From sequence record OV032902.1: 64,000 bases of DNA, one strand, 5' to 3'. Within the stretch, counting starts at the first letter, position 1. Every line of letters starts with the position of its first letter. This document shows positions 36,801 through 48,100 of this stretch, in pieces. The notes beneath the pieces were generated by a model. That model saw only the letters and a list, made by a program, of their open reading frames with translations. It was not told where the DNA came from and ran no database searches. Position numbers and translations under genes: made by a program.

Positions 36801-39800
36801 GTTAACTGAAACTAATACTACGTTTGAGCGTACAAGTACAATCTTCAAGTTTACCCTGGAAGCAGCGAAGCGTTACATCCCAGGTGACTTGCTTTACTTG
36901 ACGAGCGGTGCTTACTACGTGCGTAACGAGTTTACGACTAACAACCCTGCTGATATTGATGACCACGCAGCCGACATTTATGTCATTGCTGAGAAAGATC
37001 ATCCTCCAGTAGAAGAGTATGTTCCTACTCAAGATGGCGAAGAGTTCAAGTTGATCGTTCATAATGAAGGTCTTTACTTCATTAAGACGGCCTGGACTGC
37101 TGATGTATCTAACGCAGATAGTGCTAACTGGACCAATGATACTTTTGACAAGATCAAAGGCAACCTAGTTGAACTTGTTCCTCAGAAGAATCCTACTCCA
37201 ATTGCGTTTGTTCAGGCTGATACATACCAAGAAGACGATTATGTTTCACATGATGGTTTTAATTGGCATCGTAATGACTCTACGACTCGTAAGGGTGGTG
37301 ACGCATTCAGTCTAGATCACTTCAATCGTGAAGAAGCTGGTGGTCAAAATCGTGGTACATTTACTTCCGGTCAACACTACTTATCTGGCGATAAAGTGTT
37401 CGACAACGGAATTGAATATCGTGCTAATACATTGATCAACTACGGCGATGTAACGGTATTCGTTGAAGGTCTGGGCTTACAAGAGTTTGTTCGTATTACT
37501 CCAATCGTTCATCAAGGCTTTGCACCAGATACACTTTACATTCGTGGTGACTGGGTAATTGAAGACGGCGTTACATACTACGTGCAACCTGTGACTTTCT
37601 TTGAGTCTGGCGCAGCTGAAACACTGGCTGAATTTGAAGCACGTAATGAGGTAGAAGTGATTGCGGACCACCGCATCCTTAATCCTCGTGAGTACGTTGC
37701 CAAAGATAATGCCGAGCAAGGCGAGATCATTCAGTACCAAGGTTCCGTTTACTACGTTACTACGGCGTGGGTTTCAGATACTACGGATGCTGATGCGGCT
37801 AACCATGTTAACCATGAATGGGATGCAGTTAAGGATAAAGTCGTTGCGCTTTACCAAACACCTGCCCCAGTACTTCCGGTATTTGATGCAGCCACTGCAT
37901 ACAATGCCAATGACGAAGTTCAGGATAAATATGGTTTAGTTTGGACTCGTCGTAATGTTGCAGACGGAACAGCACAACCATTGACTGAAACTCACTGGAC
38001 GCGTAATGATGCTGACCCGCAGATCTTCGAACATATTCCTGATCGCGAGTACACATACCTGCCTAACGACAAGATTAAATACGGAACATCTTACTTCCAC
38101 TTTAATCTAGCCAATGACCTTGCTTCGGCGGATATTGATGAATGGGCTACGTGGCTAGAAGCTAACACTCGAATCGAACCTACCGGCGAGATTAAGATTG
38201 TGGCTGGCAACGGGAGTCTGACCGGACTTGAGTATGTTGCACCTGGTCAACTAGTAAGCTTCCTAACGGACGGCACGCTTAATGGCCTTCAAGGCAAGCA
38301 AGGCGAAACATACGTTATTACGTCTACGATGCGTTCTACCACTCTTAACAAGGCATACTTTGTTAAGATTGCTGAGAAAGCTAAACTGGCAACTGCATTT
38401 GATGCTACGGCGACATATGCAACTGGTGACTTAGTTACTATTGCCGAAGATAGCTTTACTTATGAGCTAACCGGTACGCACAATGTTAACGATGCGTTTA
38501 ACTTGACTAACTGGTCTCGTGTAGAACCAGCACAGCACCGTGGTGCACATAGCGATGCAGTTTACTATATCACCGGTGATAAGGTTACTAATGCTGGCAA
38601 AGAGTACGAAGCTCTTGGTCCTATTAGTAAGACAGCTTTTGCTGAAGGCATTGCAGGTAATACATTCAAGCGTGTTACTCAAAACGTTGCTGCTTCTTTA
38701 ACGGCTGACATGTTCTATGTTGAAGGCGATATCTTTAACTTGAATGGTTATGACCTAGAAGTAACTGCTGCGTTCCAAGCTGATGCTGACCCAACGTTCG
38801 CTGAGAACATTGCTAACATGCAGGCAATCAACGTAGATGAGAAATACTACTTGGCTGCTGCTGACGGCGTAGCGTTCCATGACTACAACAAGAAAGAGCA
38901 TGTGTTTATCTTCACCGAAGATCGCTCGACTGAGTTGTTTAATGGTTTCACACCTATGACTGGCGACCGCATGGTTCTTAAGCGCGACCGTACGGCTACG
39001 AACAACCCTCCAATAGCGGCTGACTTTGATATCTTCCTAGCGAAGCAAATCGAAGATGCTATTGAGCCGCATGATGATGGCACTGCTTACTTGACTGGCG
39101 ACAAAGTAACTTACCAAGGTTTTGTTTGGACTTCTACTGAAGCTCAATCGGCTCTTGTTTGGGACTTTACTAAGTGGACTCGTGACCTGCCTGGTGGTGA
39201 ACATCGCGGTACGTTCAGCAATGCTGTACACTACCGTACAGGCGACACCGTAACCCATCCTGATGATGGTGCTTTGTATGCAATCAATTCTAACGTTGAT
39301 AGCGTAGCTGCATTTAACATCGGCTCACTTGCGGCAGAATGGACGCGTGTTGGTCCTGGTATCTTCACGGATGCCTCGGTCGTGGCATGGAATACTCAGT
39401 TCTTTAAAGGCGATCGTCTATACTTCGGTAAGCAGTACCGTACTGTAACAGAAGACTTTGCGATTGGTGCTGACCCTGCCGATGGCTCTGTTCCTGAACT
39501 GGATGAAACCAAGCTTCGCATCGAAGGTCGTTGGGACCGCTCTAACGTTCGTACTGTTACGGCAGACGAGTCTGTTAGTGCAGAAGAAGTTGTTCGCTAC
39601 GGCAACAAACTTTACTTTGTGTTTGCTGACTATGTGCCAAGTGACCCTGTGGTTGCTGCCGAGCTAGAAGCGAAGATTTACGAACTCGTAAACTTTGAGT
39701 CCACTCAGCACGAAGCATACGATGCTGCCAAGATATATGCCGAAGGCGATATCGTTTCTTATCAAGACGAAATCTTCCAGCGTACTAATGATACCATTGG

Positions 39801-40938
39801 TGATGCAGGTAACTTTACTGCTGCTCGCTGGACTAAGTTGTCTGAGAAGAGTGTACGTACTGCTGGTGTTCTAGCAGACATGAATGACTGGTATGTTGGT
39901 GTTGATGACATAGTTCACTATCAAGGCATTACACTTACCGCTAAGGTAGCTCGCGGTGTTGATGAACTCAAGATTCCTTTCGATGATACTAAGTTCGATC
40001 GTGCTGGTAACTTTGTGTTTAATACGGCATTCTCTTACCTTGGCAGACGCGCTCTAATCAAAGGTGACTTTATCATTGACGGTCGTAACATGTATTTTGT
40101 TACAGCTGCTTTTGAGGTCCTTGATGGCGAGTCTTGGGATAATGCTCTTCGTACACATCAATCTAGCTTCCGCTTAGTCGGTGACTATGAGTTACTTGAT
40201 TGGCAAGCAGATACTTTCTATCGTACTGGTGACCTTGTTAAAGTACAGGGTTATGAGATGGTAGTAGTTGCTAACCATACTTCAGCTTCTGCTTGGAATA
40301 CTGGTGAGCTTCTTAAGTTTGTGTTGCGTGATCAGCCTACTTACGGCTTTACGATGGAAGCTACTGACTTCATCCCGGCTGGAACTAAGTTTGATACTAA
40401 CGGTGATGATGACTCAAGCACAGCACTGCCGTTTACTATTACTGGCACGGTTCCTTTGGCAAACATAAATCTGTTACTTCAAGTCGGTTTCCGCTTCTTT
40501 GTGAATAAGACTGATATCACAGACGCTATTGTGGTCGATGGTTCGGATGCAACGCTCTTTGATATGGGCAGTATCTTCCTTGAAGCTGGAGATGTCTTAG
40601 AGATTGCTGGTTACCAGAATGGCGAAGGTACAAGTATCGCAGAAGTAGTCCAAGGTGGTTATGCTGACCTAACAGTTACTCCTACGACAGCTAATGTTTC
40701 ATTGACGGATGCTAACAAAGGTCAAGTCATTGACATTACTGCGGCGATCACAGTAACTGCTGCTGGTGGTACTACTGGTTCTACATGGACTGTTGTTAAC
40801 CGTTCAGGCGGACAACTAGCTGTTACACTGGGTACTGGTATTACGGCGATCGGTAACGTTAACGTTCAGGATGGTACAGCGATTACTCTAGTTATGCTAG
40901 ACGCTACGACTGTGCTTATTGCTGGTGGTGTTGCTTAA
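33883..40938 (+). CDS. 2351-aa fibre/appendage protein with about 35 CBM5/12 (ChiC_BD)-like modules
   Basis: Repeated Y..GD.V...G..(Y/W)...W units counted by eye, e.g. WAKANAYAVGDKATYAG, HDDGTAYLTGDKVTYQGFVW, WQADTFYRTGDLVKVQG; tail-fibre-like C-terminal beta domain. Confidence 0.75.
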   Translation: MAIIRKALIKFYLTKAEAATANETPGDIGYFSDGAPAGWFEASIDNGNPAVDGNTLQGSESNLYWKRIVNAETEAPTPVLVPDAYAEGTAYQQYQIVESGGKLYVCDSAHTPTAAEVTSLAKVTELGTGAAGIADVVAVEYKATETYKAFELVYIGTDIFVTSSAHTADADNVTNKDQLIQLNGGGGSLDEVVAKEYVAATLYKAYELVRIGSEIFISGSEHTPTAGEVADKSKLIPISEDKDTGPGVHTSVANETDYRKGDVFKLANGIFMLKVDFTTDANATDAEVIAQCEKLAGPEASVRTSFTNSTDYFKGDFFIFDSGTYRVKADFQTDANATEAEIIAACDKLSGPTQKTYAGFPASTAFSIGDIVTEDDRSYVVKTAFSTGASDNTVTDQETNLLPLFAEHLVPRVYSNGAVLKENEIFEYGGNLYFTPNSVDGTSTNQTTWAEIESSCILVAQVPVTATPDFVAANTYNANDVVKFDGLEWKLTGTHTVNDPIDLTNWSRVITTGVNRGEHKTNHVYLKDDIVTRSGIAYKANANVDDTVSFAEGLSGATFIRLDTAVFDGLSNSKVYIVGDIVSAGTASYAVHTAYKSAAAATEAELAANSTLIATSIETYLPTYTNGSALKNGQLFFYDEAVYRADADKDGTTASETTWAEIEGEMTFLFSFKVEPAPAAWAKANAYAVGDKATYAGQVVVATAASAANDEFSYSDWTRELDYPYNQGDHVNGRAYMKGDVVFIDSVEYIARSNVDSDAGASEIKLGVSSDFYRLTPTTHSDLVADTLYSNFDIVIKEGITYLVTTPILTTSSTTWNDLVANMTVVADNSAYAVREYVAEEDLKKYEFVVEPATGDVYVTTSAIAGNAGNTFQIVKDNGVRVAESPVTPVPDFDAGELYTENDEVRFESMVYTAKDQTGRLVNDAFSLTYFERNIPAGFKFGDFVANKLYLNGDFVTNGGIEYKVKATGTFATLTETNTTFERTSTIFKFTLEAAKRYIPGDLLYLTSGAYYVRNEFTTNNPADIDDHAADIYVIAEKDHPPVEEYVPTQDGEEFKLIVHNEGLYFIKTAWTADVSNADSANWTNDTFDKIKGNLVELVPQKNPTPIAFVQADTYQEDDYVSHDGFNWHRNDSTTRKGGDAFSLDHFNREEAGGQNRGTFTSGQHYLSGDKVFDNGIEYRANTLINYGDVTVFVEGLGLQEFVRITPIVHQGFAPDTLYIRGDWVIEDGVTYYVQPVTFFESGAAETLAEFEARNEVEVIADHRILNPREYVAKDNAEQGEIIQYQGSVYYVTTAWVSDTTDADAANHVNHEWDAVKDKVVALYQTPAPVLPVFDAATAYNANDEVQDKYGLVWTRRNVADGTAQPLTETHWTRNDADPQIFEHIPDREYTYLPNDKIKYGTSYFHFNLANDLASADIDEWATWLEANTRIEPTGEIKIVAGNGSLTGLEYVAPGQLVSFLTDGTLNGLQGKQGETYVITSTMRSTTLNKAYFVKIAEKAKLATAFDATATYATGDLVTIAEDSFTYELTGTHNVNDAFNLTNWSRVEPAQHRGAHSDAVYYITGDKVTNAGKEYEALGPISKTAFAEGIAGNTFKRVTQNVAASLTADMFYVEGDIFNLNGYDLEVTAAFQADADPTFAENIANMQAINVDEKYYLAAADGVAFHDYNKKEHVFIFTEDRSTELFNGFTPMTGDRMVLKRDRTATNNPPIAADFDIFLAKQIEDAIEPHDDGTAYLTGDKVTYQGFVWTSTEAQSALVWDFTKWTRDLPGGEHRGTFSNAVHYRTGDTVTHPDDGALYAINSNVDSVAAFNIGSLAAEWTRVGPGIFTDASVVAWNTQFFKGDRLYFGKQYRTVTEDFAIGADPADGSVPELDETKLRIEGRWDRSNVRTVTADESVSAEEVVRYGNKLYFVFADYVPSDPVVAAELEAKIYELVNFESTQHEAYDAAKIYAEGDIVSYQDEIFQRTNDTIGDAGNFTAARWTKLSEKSVRTAGVLADMNDWYVGVDDIVHYQGITLTAKVARGVDELKIPFDDTKFDRAGNFVFNTAFSYLGRRALIKGDFIIDGRNMYFVTAAFEVLDGESWDNALRTHQSSFRLVGDYELLDWQADTFYRTGDLVKVQGYEMVVVANHTSASAWNTGELLKFVLRDQPTYGFTMEATDFIPAGTKFDTNGDDDSSTALPFTITGTVPLANINLLLQVGFRFFVNKTDITDAIVVDGSDATLFDMGSIFLEAGDVLEIAGYQNGEGTSIAEVVQGGYADLTVTPTTANVSLTDANKGQVIDITAAITVTAAGGTTGSTWTVVNRSGGQLAVTLGTGITAIGNVNVQDGTAITLVMLDATTVLIAGGVA

Positions 40939-40951
40939 TAAATATTAGAAA

Positions 40952-40988
40952 CCTCTTCCCCTTGTGGGAAGAGGCTTTCTTTTTCTTT
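40952..40988 (+). terminator. Rho-independent terminator
   Basis: CCTCTTCCC-CTTGT-GGGAAGAGG followed by CTTTCTTTTT. Confidence 0.85.
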
Positions 40989-40996
40989 AACTTAAT

Positions 40997-41008
40997 TAAA
41001 TCGTATAG
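40997..41008 (+). promoter_or_regulatory. Candidate late promoter, AAATNNNRTAG class
   Basis: TAAATCGTATAG directly after a terminator; similar words at 32813, 49046, 51793, 55735, 7467 (+) and 7422 (-). Confidence 0.45.
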
Positions 41009-41060
41009 GTCTCACGACCTTTCTAACGTTAGAAAACTAAAACTCAAAGAGGATTATAAC

Positions 41061-42134
41061 ATGTCTTATAATCAAAGTCTTATAAAAGATCTGCGATTCG
41101 AAACAGTCGCAAAAGCTCAGTCGCGAGACTCTCGCGGCAAGCAGGCATTTATTGTCGAAAAGGGTCTTTGGTATCATGGCGTAACTGTTGCTAACGGAAC
41201 AGCCGATGGTATAGCGGACGATGACCTTTATATTGCTACTCCGGTAACAGACGTATTCTGGAAAAAGCAAGAAGGCGGCGAAGGCGGCGGTGCTCCTTTA
41301 CCTGCTACAGGTGAAGCTGGTGCTCCTGCGGATTCCACTCCTTCTTCTATTGCGCCTACTGTAACGTTTGCGGACGTGCAAGGTAAGACAGCAGCCGAAG
41401 CTCTAATGGCGCTTCACTTCCCTGCTACGGTTCCTACTCAGACGCTACCAACAGTAACACTCGGTCTGTTACCTATTACTATCGCTAAAGGCTCGGCACT
41501 ACCTGGTAACTTGACTTCTAATTTTGTACAAAATAATGGTGGTGCTAAGAACGGCGACTATAATTTAGTTGTTAGTGATAGCGGCGGCGAGCTTTTCAAT
41601 GCTAACGCATCCGACGGTGCTTTTGACATTTCTGCGGTAGTTGAACTTCAGAGCCTGCAAGAAACTGCAACGTTTACGCTGTCAGTGGATTATGATGCTG
41701 GCCTAGTGCCAAACGATAGCTATGGCAATCCATCACCTAGTGATCAGGTAGCGGCAGGTACTGCAAGTATTGTATTGACTGTTACTCCTACACTTTCTAT
41801 TCATCACGGTCTACAGGCCAAAGGTGAAGATCTTACTGCGAAGACTTCTACAGAACTTCGTACTATCGCAAATGCTCTTACAGCTGCGGCTGATGGTACT
41901 GCGGTATTCACAAACGTAACCATTCCTAATACGAGTGATTACTACTTCCTCATTCCTGGTGTTAAGACTACTGTGACAACTGTTTCACAAGGCTTCACAA
42001 TCACAGGAATCGCTTCTGTACTCGGCCAAGTAACTATGGACGATGCAGCAGGTACAGAGAGCTCGACTTACACGCTTATTAAACTAGCGGGTCAAGCGGC
42101 TCAGTCAGTTATTGATACTGTAACTATTAGCTAA
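41061..42134 (+). CDS. Putative virion structural/fibre-associated protein
   Basis: Start ATG 41061 (GAGGA RBS); GKTAAEALMALHFPATVPTQTLPTVTL motif seen in large-phage structural proteins; beta-sandwich-like composition. Confidence 0.65.
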   Translation: MSYNQSLIKDLRFETVAKAQSRDSRGKQAFIVEKGLWYHGVTVANGTADGIADDDLYIATPVTDVFWKKQEGGEGGGAPLPATGEAGAPADSTPSSIAPTVTFADVQGKTAAEALMALHFPATVPTQTLPTVTLGLLPITIAKGSALPGNLTSNFVQNNGGAKNGDYNLVVSDSGGELFNANASDGAFDISAVVELQSLQETATFTLSVDYDAGLVPNDSYGNPSPSDQVAAGTASIVLTVTPTLSIHHGLQAKGEDLTAKTSTELRTIANALTAAADGTAVFTNVTIPNTSDYYFLIPGVKTTVTTVSQGFTITGIASVLGQVTMDDAAGTESSTYTLIKLAGQAAQSVIDTVTIS

Positions 42135-42145
42135 AGGAAATAACA

Positions 42146-45100
42146 ATGAGTTATGTAACTAATTTCCCTGGTGGCTTTCAAAGCTCTACAGATAAGCCTC
42201 TAGATTACCGTGCTGTGGTAGACGACATCTCAGCACTAGAAGCAGTTGTGCTTCAAACTGTTTATATCGGTCTAGTTATCTACGATAAAGCGACTGGCAA
42301 ACACTATGAGATCAAGGGTACGGATGGTACACAAGCTGGTCTTGTTTACTCTGTCTTTGGTCAAGGCAGTGATTCTGATTCTGCACTAGCCGATATCATT
42401 ACTACTCGTAATCCAACTAAGAGTGATGACGCTGACTCTTCTGAGTTTACAGTCAACGCCCTTACAAGCTGGTTAAACAAAGACACAGGTGAGCTGTTCC
42501 TTTGTACGGACAACACTGCGGGTGCAGCTAATTGGATTCGTTACGTTACCGAAGGTGACTTGACTGGTTTAACTCCTGGTAATACTTTTGTCATCGAAGA
42601 ATTAAACATCCCAGTTAATGCCCCAGCGGACAGTAATTACGAATTTAATATCAGTCTTCCAAATCTGACTGCGTATGTCAATTCAACTATAGATCTTTTC
42701 GTCAACGATGAATTGCTTGTGTCGACTCCATTAGTGATGAATACCGATGATTATGTCATTACGGCTCCATTGAAGAAAAACGATAAAGTCGAATTTCGAA
42801 TGGGTCTATCTGGCAATGTGCCTATTGAGGTTCTGGGCCTTGGTAATGGTTCAGAGGTTGCAGAATTTCTTCCAAATGGCGATATTATCTCGGCTTCGAG
42901 TGCGTCTTCCGATCCTGACATAAGAAGAATAAACACTAAAGACGGAACGATTAGTAGTGTTATTGAAACCGGGTTGCCGAGTGCTTTTATTTCGGAATCA
43001 GGCTCAATTAGATTAACTGTCGATTCAGAGGGAACTTTGTTCGCGTCTAGAAATTCCAGAACTTCCGATGAGATTTATTTTCTTAAATTAGGCAGTAATT
43101 CATGGGAAACATTAACAATACCAGAAGGAGCGATAACATGTAGATGGCTATCGATGTATGACGAAGATCATCTTTTAAATGTTGATTCGGACAATCAGCT
43201 CCTTCAAAAGATCAATAAGGTCACCGGTCAATCGTCGCCAGTCTCTAATGTTCCTGGTACGATTGCTACTAACTGGAGATCCAGATACGTAGGAAACGGC
43301 CAGCTTTTGTTCACACGAGGAACTAGCCTAGGACCTATTCTTTTTGATACGGTAAATGAAACAACACTCATAGATTTTTGGGCAACTGCCGGAGAAATCG
43401 TTTTTGGTTCGAATGAGCAGTTTTACGGTGGCGATAAAGTAGAAGATGATGTTTTCATCTTTAACACATTGAACATGGATAATCACTATTTATGCCGAAA
43501 AGGAAAATGGGAAATCGACGCAGGTCCTTTAAATAGTTCCCGCAATGTTGCTGTTTCTGACCTAGGTGTTTATTTTTATCCTGCTGCTTCGACTACATTG
43601 GCTTCTACACTGCGACTTTATTCGCATGCTGATAGCTTCCGTGCTTCGGCCTATGCGGAACCAACTGCTTACTTTGCACCTACTCTAGATCTTGCTTTTG
43701 GTATCTTAGAGACACGCGACCCGATTGAAACAGATGATTCTGCTTCCGTTACTTACGATATCGCAGTTAACCAGACTTGGAAGAATGAAACAACAGGTTC
43801 TGTGTTTGTTTGTGCGGATGCAACTCCTGGCGCAGCTGTTTGGAAGAAGTACGTAACAGAAGATGAGCTTCCAGGTAAGTCTACGCTTAACCTAATGCGC
43901 TTCCCTGAGTTAAGAGTTTCAGTTGATTTGGAAACCGCCGTTCCAGACGAAACTACACCGCATCAATTTTCAACTCTTGATCTTACGATCCCTAAAGACG
44001 GTAAATATCACTTAGGTGGTAGCTTCCCTATTTCAGGTCTTAACCTTCCTCCGATGAGTACAAGTCAAGCAGGTAGTGCTATTACTAACTTCTGTCTTGA
44101 TTTGATGTTGTTCCGCGATAGTACATTGAGTCCTCTAGTTCGTGGCGATATTTCGATCATGACTAACGACGTGACGCAGGATAACTATGACTTCTTTGGT
44201 AAGGCAAGCTTTGATGAGATCTTGGATCTTAAAGCAGGCGATGTTCTAACGTGGCAATTCTACACCACTTCAAACATCCCACCTACGGCAGATGCATTCC
44301 TGTTCATTAACCCTACAGATGGTAACTCTGTTGCGTCTCAGGGCCACAAGTCAGCTCCGTGGCTGCGTGAACTAGAAGTAGCTACTTATCTTCCTGCTGG
44401 TGATTACACGTACGGTATCAAGTCTACTCGTGACCCAGGTCCAACGGATGATGAGAACTCTACTGACTTCGCTATTGCGATTAACCAAGTATGGTTTAAC
44501 GAAACAAATGGTAAGACATTTGTTTGTCAAGACGCTACAGCGGACAATGCAGTATGGAATGCTTACGTAACAGCTGACCAAATCCCTGGCTTCCAGGATA
44601 CTCAGTATGTTTCATTGACAGATGTTACTCAATTCGCCACTGTAAGCGAAACAGCACTTCACCGTTTTGGTATTACACTAGCTGGTACCGATCTATCGGG
44701 CGCTACCCTGTGGATGACTGTTAATGGCAATGATGCTATTCAGTTTGATTTGAGTGGTCTAACGGGTGCCGGTACACGCATGTACTCTACGGACCAATTT
44801 ACGGCTCTTAACAAAGATGACGTGATTGCATTCCGTTGGGTTCCTAATGGCGCTGTTATTAGTTCGTTTGGTTTTGCTGGTGGTATTCAGCCAACTACTT
44901 ACTATGCTCCATTGAAAGACTTTGAACTAGGTATCAAGGAAACTCGTGACCCTACTCCAAATGATGACGAAAACTCTCCTGGTTTGTTTATTCAAGTAAA
45001 CCAAATCTGGCATAACGAAGCTACGGCTTCTATCTTTGTATGTACAGATGCTACTGTGGGAGCGGCTGTTTGGAAGCGTATGGTTACAGAGAATGACTTG

Positions 45101-48100
45101 CCTGGCTTTGACGATACTAGCACTTTTTCTTTGACTGGTCCAGATGATGTTTTTGTTGCTCCTCATGACAGAGACTATACGGCGGAAATCAGCATTTCTG
45201 GTTTGAATCTGGACAAAGTGGATTTCTGGGTAAAAGTAAATGACAGTGCGGTTTTCACTTTAAGTTCTTCTGATATTTCACCAGGCAATACATCGGCACT
45301 TGCAACAGTTCCTCTTTCTTTGAGTACTGGAGACTCTGTTAGTCTGGATTATACGAATAAAGCCGAACTAACTGATATTACTGGAAACCTCCCAACGTCT
45401 GCCACTGGTGCGATATATATTCTAGGTAATTACTATTACAATGTAGATCCAACAAACAACGAACTTAGACGTGCGTCAGTGAGTAATACTTCATCATGGA
45501 CTGATAACTGGACCACTCCTAACGGACAGGTTATCAACATGACTAGTGCTGATGTATACAACGCACAGTTTAGCGAAGGTTTTCTTTTTGTCATAGATAG
45601 AACTACTGACAAACTTTATCGCTTCGACAAAGAAGGCAATGCCAATATATGGGAAAACTCGGGACTAGAATCAAACACTAACCCTATATACTTTAGCTCC
45701 GAAGATCGCCAAACTTATCTATGGGATACTGCCAATAAAATCATTGAACGCTCTACGGGAAGTTCTGGTGCCTGGAGTACCGTTTATAATGCAAACAATG
45801 ACCCAAACAATACTACTAATACTCTTGATTTCATGGAAGCAGTTAACGGAGAAATTTATTTCCTTAGTCGCACCGATGGTGTACTGAAACGTGTCGTAAA
45901 TACTAACCTGTCAGTAGACGTAGGCACGGTGGAAAATCCAGCTGAAGTAATTGGGTCACTCACTTTCGGCTTTGCGGCCGAAGAAATGAATCAATTTATT
46001 TTTGGAGATAGAAGTGGAGATAAACTTGTCACGTATAACTACGTGACCGGAGAATGGGCTTACGAGTCATACTATACGGATGGCAATTATCGCTTAGAGG
46101 CACTTCCCGCTGGCCTGCACTCTTTCGGTCGCTTATTCTTTGATAGCGACTTAGAACGATTATTCCTGGTAGATAACTTCGGTAAACTTACATGGCTAAC
46201 TGAGGGATATAATTTTGGCGGCATGTCGCGAGCTAGAAGTTTCGATGAAGGCATTGCAGTGTTTTACGATACTTTGTCGCAACCTGGTGATACATATTAC
46301 CGTGCAGACTTTGGTGTAATCACGGGAATTACCGTTTCTTCTAAGTCAGAACTTCGTGGTACGTATATCCCTACGGACCAATTCGAATTAGGTATTGTTA
46401 CTGATCGTGACCCTACTGAAACGGATGATGCTGATTCAACTGAGTTCTTCGTTGTTCAAAACCAATACTGGCAGAACACCGCCAATGGTTACACATGGAT
46501 CTGTAAAGACGCTACGCCTGGCGCAGCTGTTTGGAAGAAGCATGTAACAGAAGATGAAATCACAGGTATTGACTTTACTGAGTCTTATGCTCTGGTGATT
46601 CCTGAAACCGTTAATCCTACGACAGCTGTAGAAAGTGACCCTGTCACGATTACGGAAGACAAGACATATCGATTTGATATTCGTTCTCGTATGCAGGTTC
46701 CTCGTGGTAAATCAGTTACTGTTGAGGTATTGAAGAATGATGCAGTTGTATGGTCTAATACTCAGACTACGTATAACTACTCTGATTCAGTAGAACTTCC
46801 AGTGGTTACAGACGACATCGTTAAACTTCGTGCTACTTTGTCTGATACAAACCGCTGGCATAACTCAATGACTAACATTACTGGTCCTGCTGTTACATTC
46901 GGCGATAGTCGTGGTGCTGCTGCAACTCGTGACTTTGTAATGATGGTTGAGTCTAGTAATAACAGTATTCTGTTAGCTGGACGTGACGACGAGTGGGTTG
47001 ATGTCTCGAACGAAGCACTTGCTCCTACATGGTCACAGGTATATGGTATCACAGCCGACGAAGAATCGTTCTATGTTATCGACCGTGGTCTAGATCAAAT
47101 CTGGCAACGTCGTAACGGTGGCCTATGGTCACAGATCGATGGTCATACATTTACTGATCTGTTTGACATTGCTTATGCACAAGGCAAGCTTTACTGTCTT
47201 GATGAGGCATCTAATAGCGGCGGTAGCTCAATTGAAGTTTACGATATTGAGAATGATAGTTGGAGTACGCTTACTTATACTGGCCTTCCTACGATAGCCA
47301 ATGCTCGTGGTATGACAGTTGACCCTGATACAGGTGATGTTTTCTTGTATGACACTGGTGCGACCAATAAAGAAATCTTCAAGTTTACAGCTGCGACGCA
47401 GACCTGGGCAGCCTGGGCAATGACTAACCGTGGTAACCCTAACCATTATCCTTTCCACATGACTATTCATGACGGTAAGCTATGGTACGGTGACATGGAT
47501 GAAACTAACGTTATTCGTACTATTCGTACGATTGACTTAGTAACAGAAGTTCATGAAGACTGGGGTGCTGCTAACGGACAGAGTGATGATCTAAGTCGTC
47601 ATATTCGTGGTATTGCTTTCCGTGATGGCAAGCTCTACGGTGGTGACTTGTTGAATGATACTATTTGGTCATTCGAGACATACAAAGTCGGTCCAGCATC
47701 GGCTGGTTTCGGTACAGCTCCTCGTGCGCATTACTTGCCTGCAAATGAAATCAATGTCGGTATTAAGGAAACTCGTGATCCTACGGAAAACGATGATTCT
47801 TCAAGTACTGATTACGATATCAAGGTTAACCAGCTATGGTTGAATGAAACCAATGGTTCTTTCTGGATCTGTAAGAAAGATACTTTGGGCGCGGCAGTTT
47901 GGGCTCGTTTCTCTACTGATACAGAAGAGATCCCGCCTATCGGTCAGCGTCTGGATGTCGAAGGTGGTCGCCTAATCTCCAATAACGGTGTTTACTGGGC
48001 AAACGATGCATCTAGTGCAGGTACAGCGGCTAACCAAGCAGTTGTTGCAGAAGACGTTACTTGGTTCATGTTCCATTCTTGGGACGATGACATGATCGAA

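Noticed and set aside
40962-41060. Upstream extensions of track ORFs (40962, 10348, 19014, 19755, 30605, 50616, 51229, 51713, 7429)
   Set aside because: They run through terminators, promoters or neighbouring genes; downstream ATGs, nearly all with a clear RBS, were preferred.
43826-46540. Near-identical DNA blocks in the fibre gene, considered as a diversity-generating retroelement TR/VR pair
   Set aside because: Both copies are coding, differences are not adenine-specific, and no reverse transcriptase is in the window.
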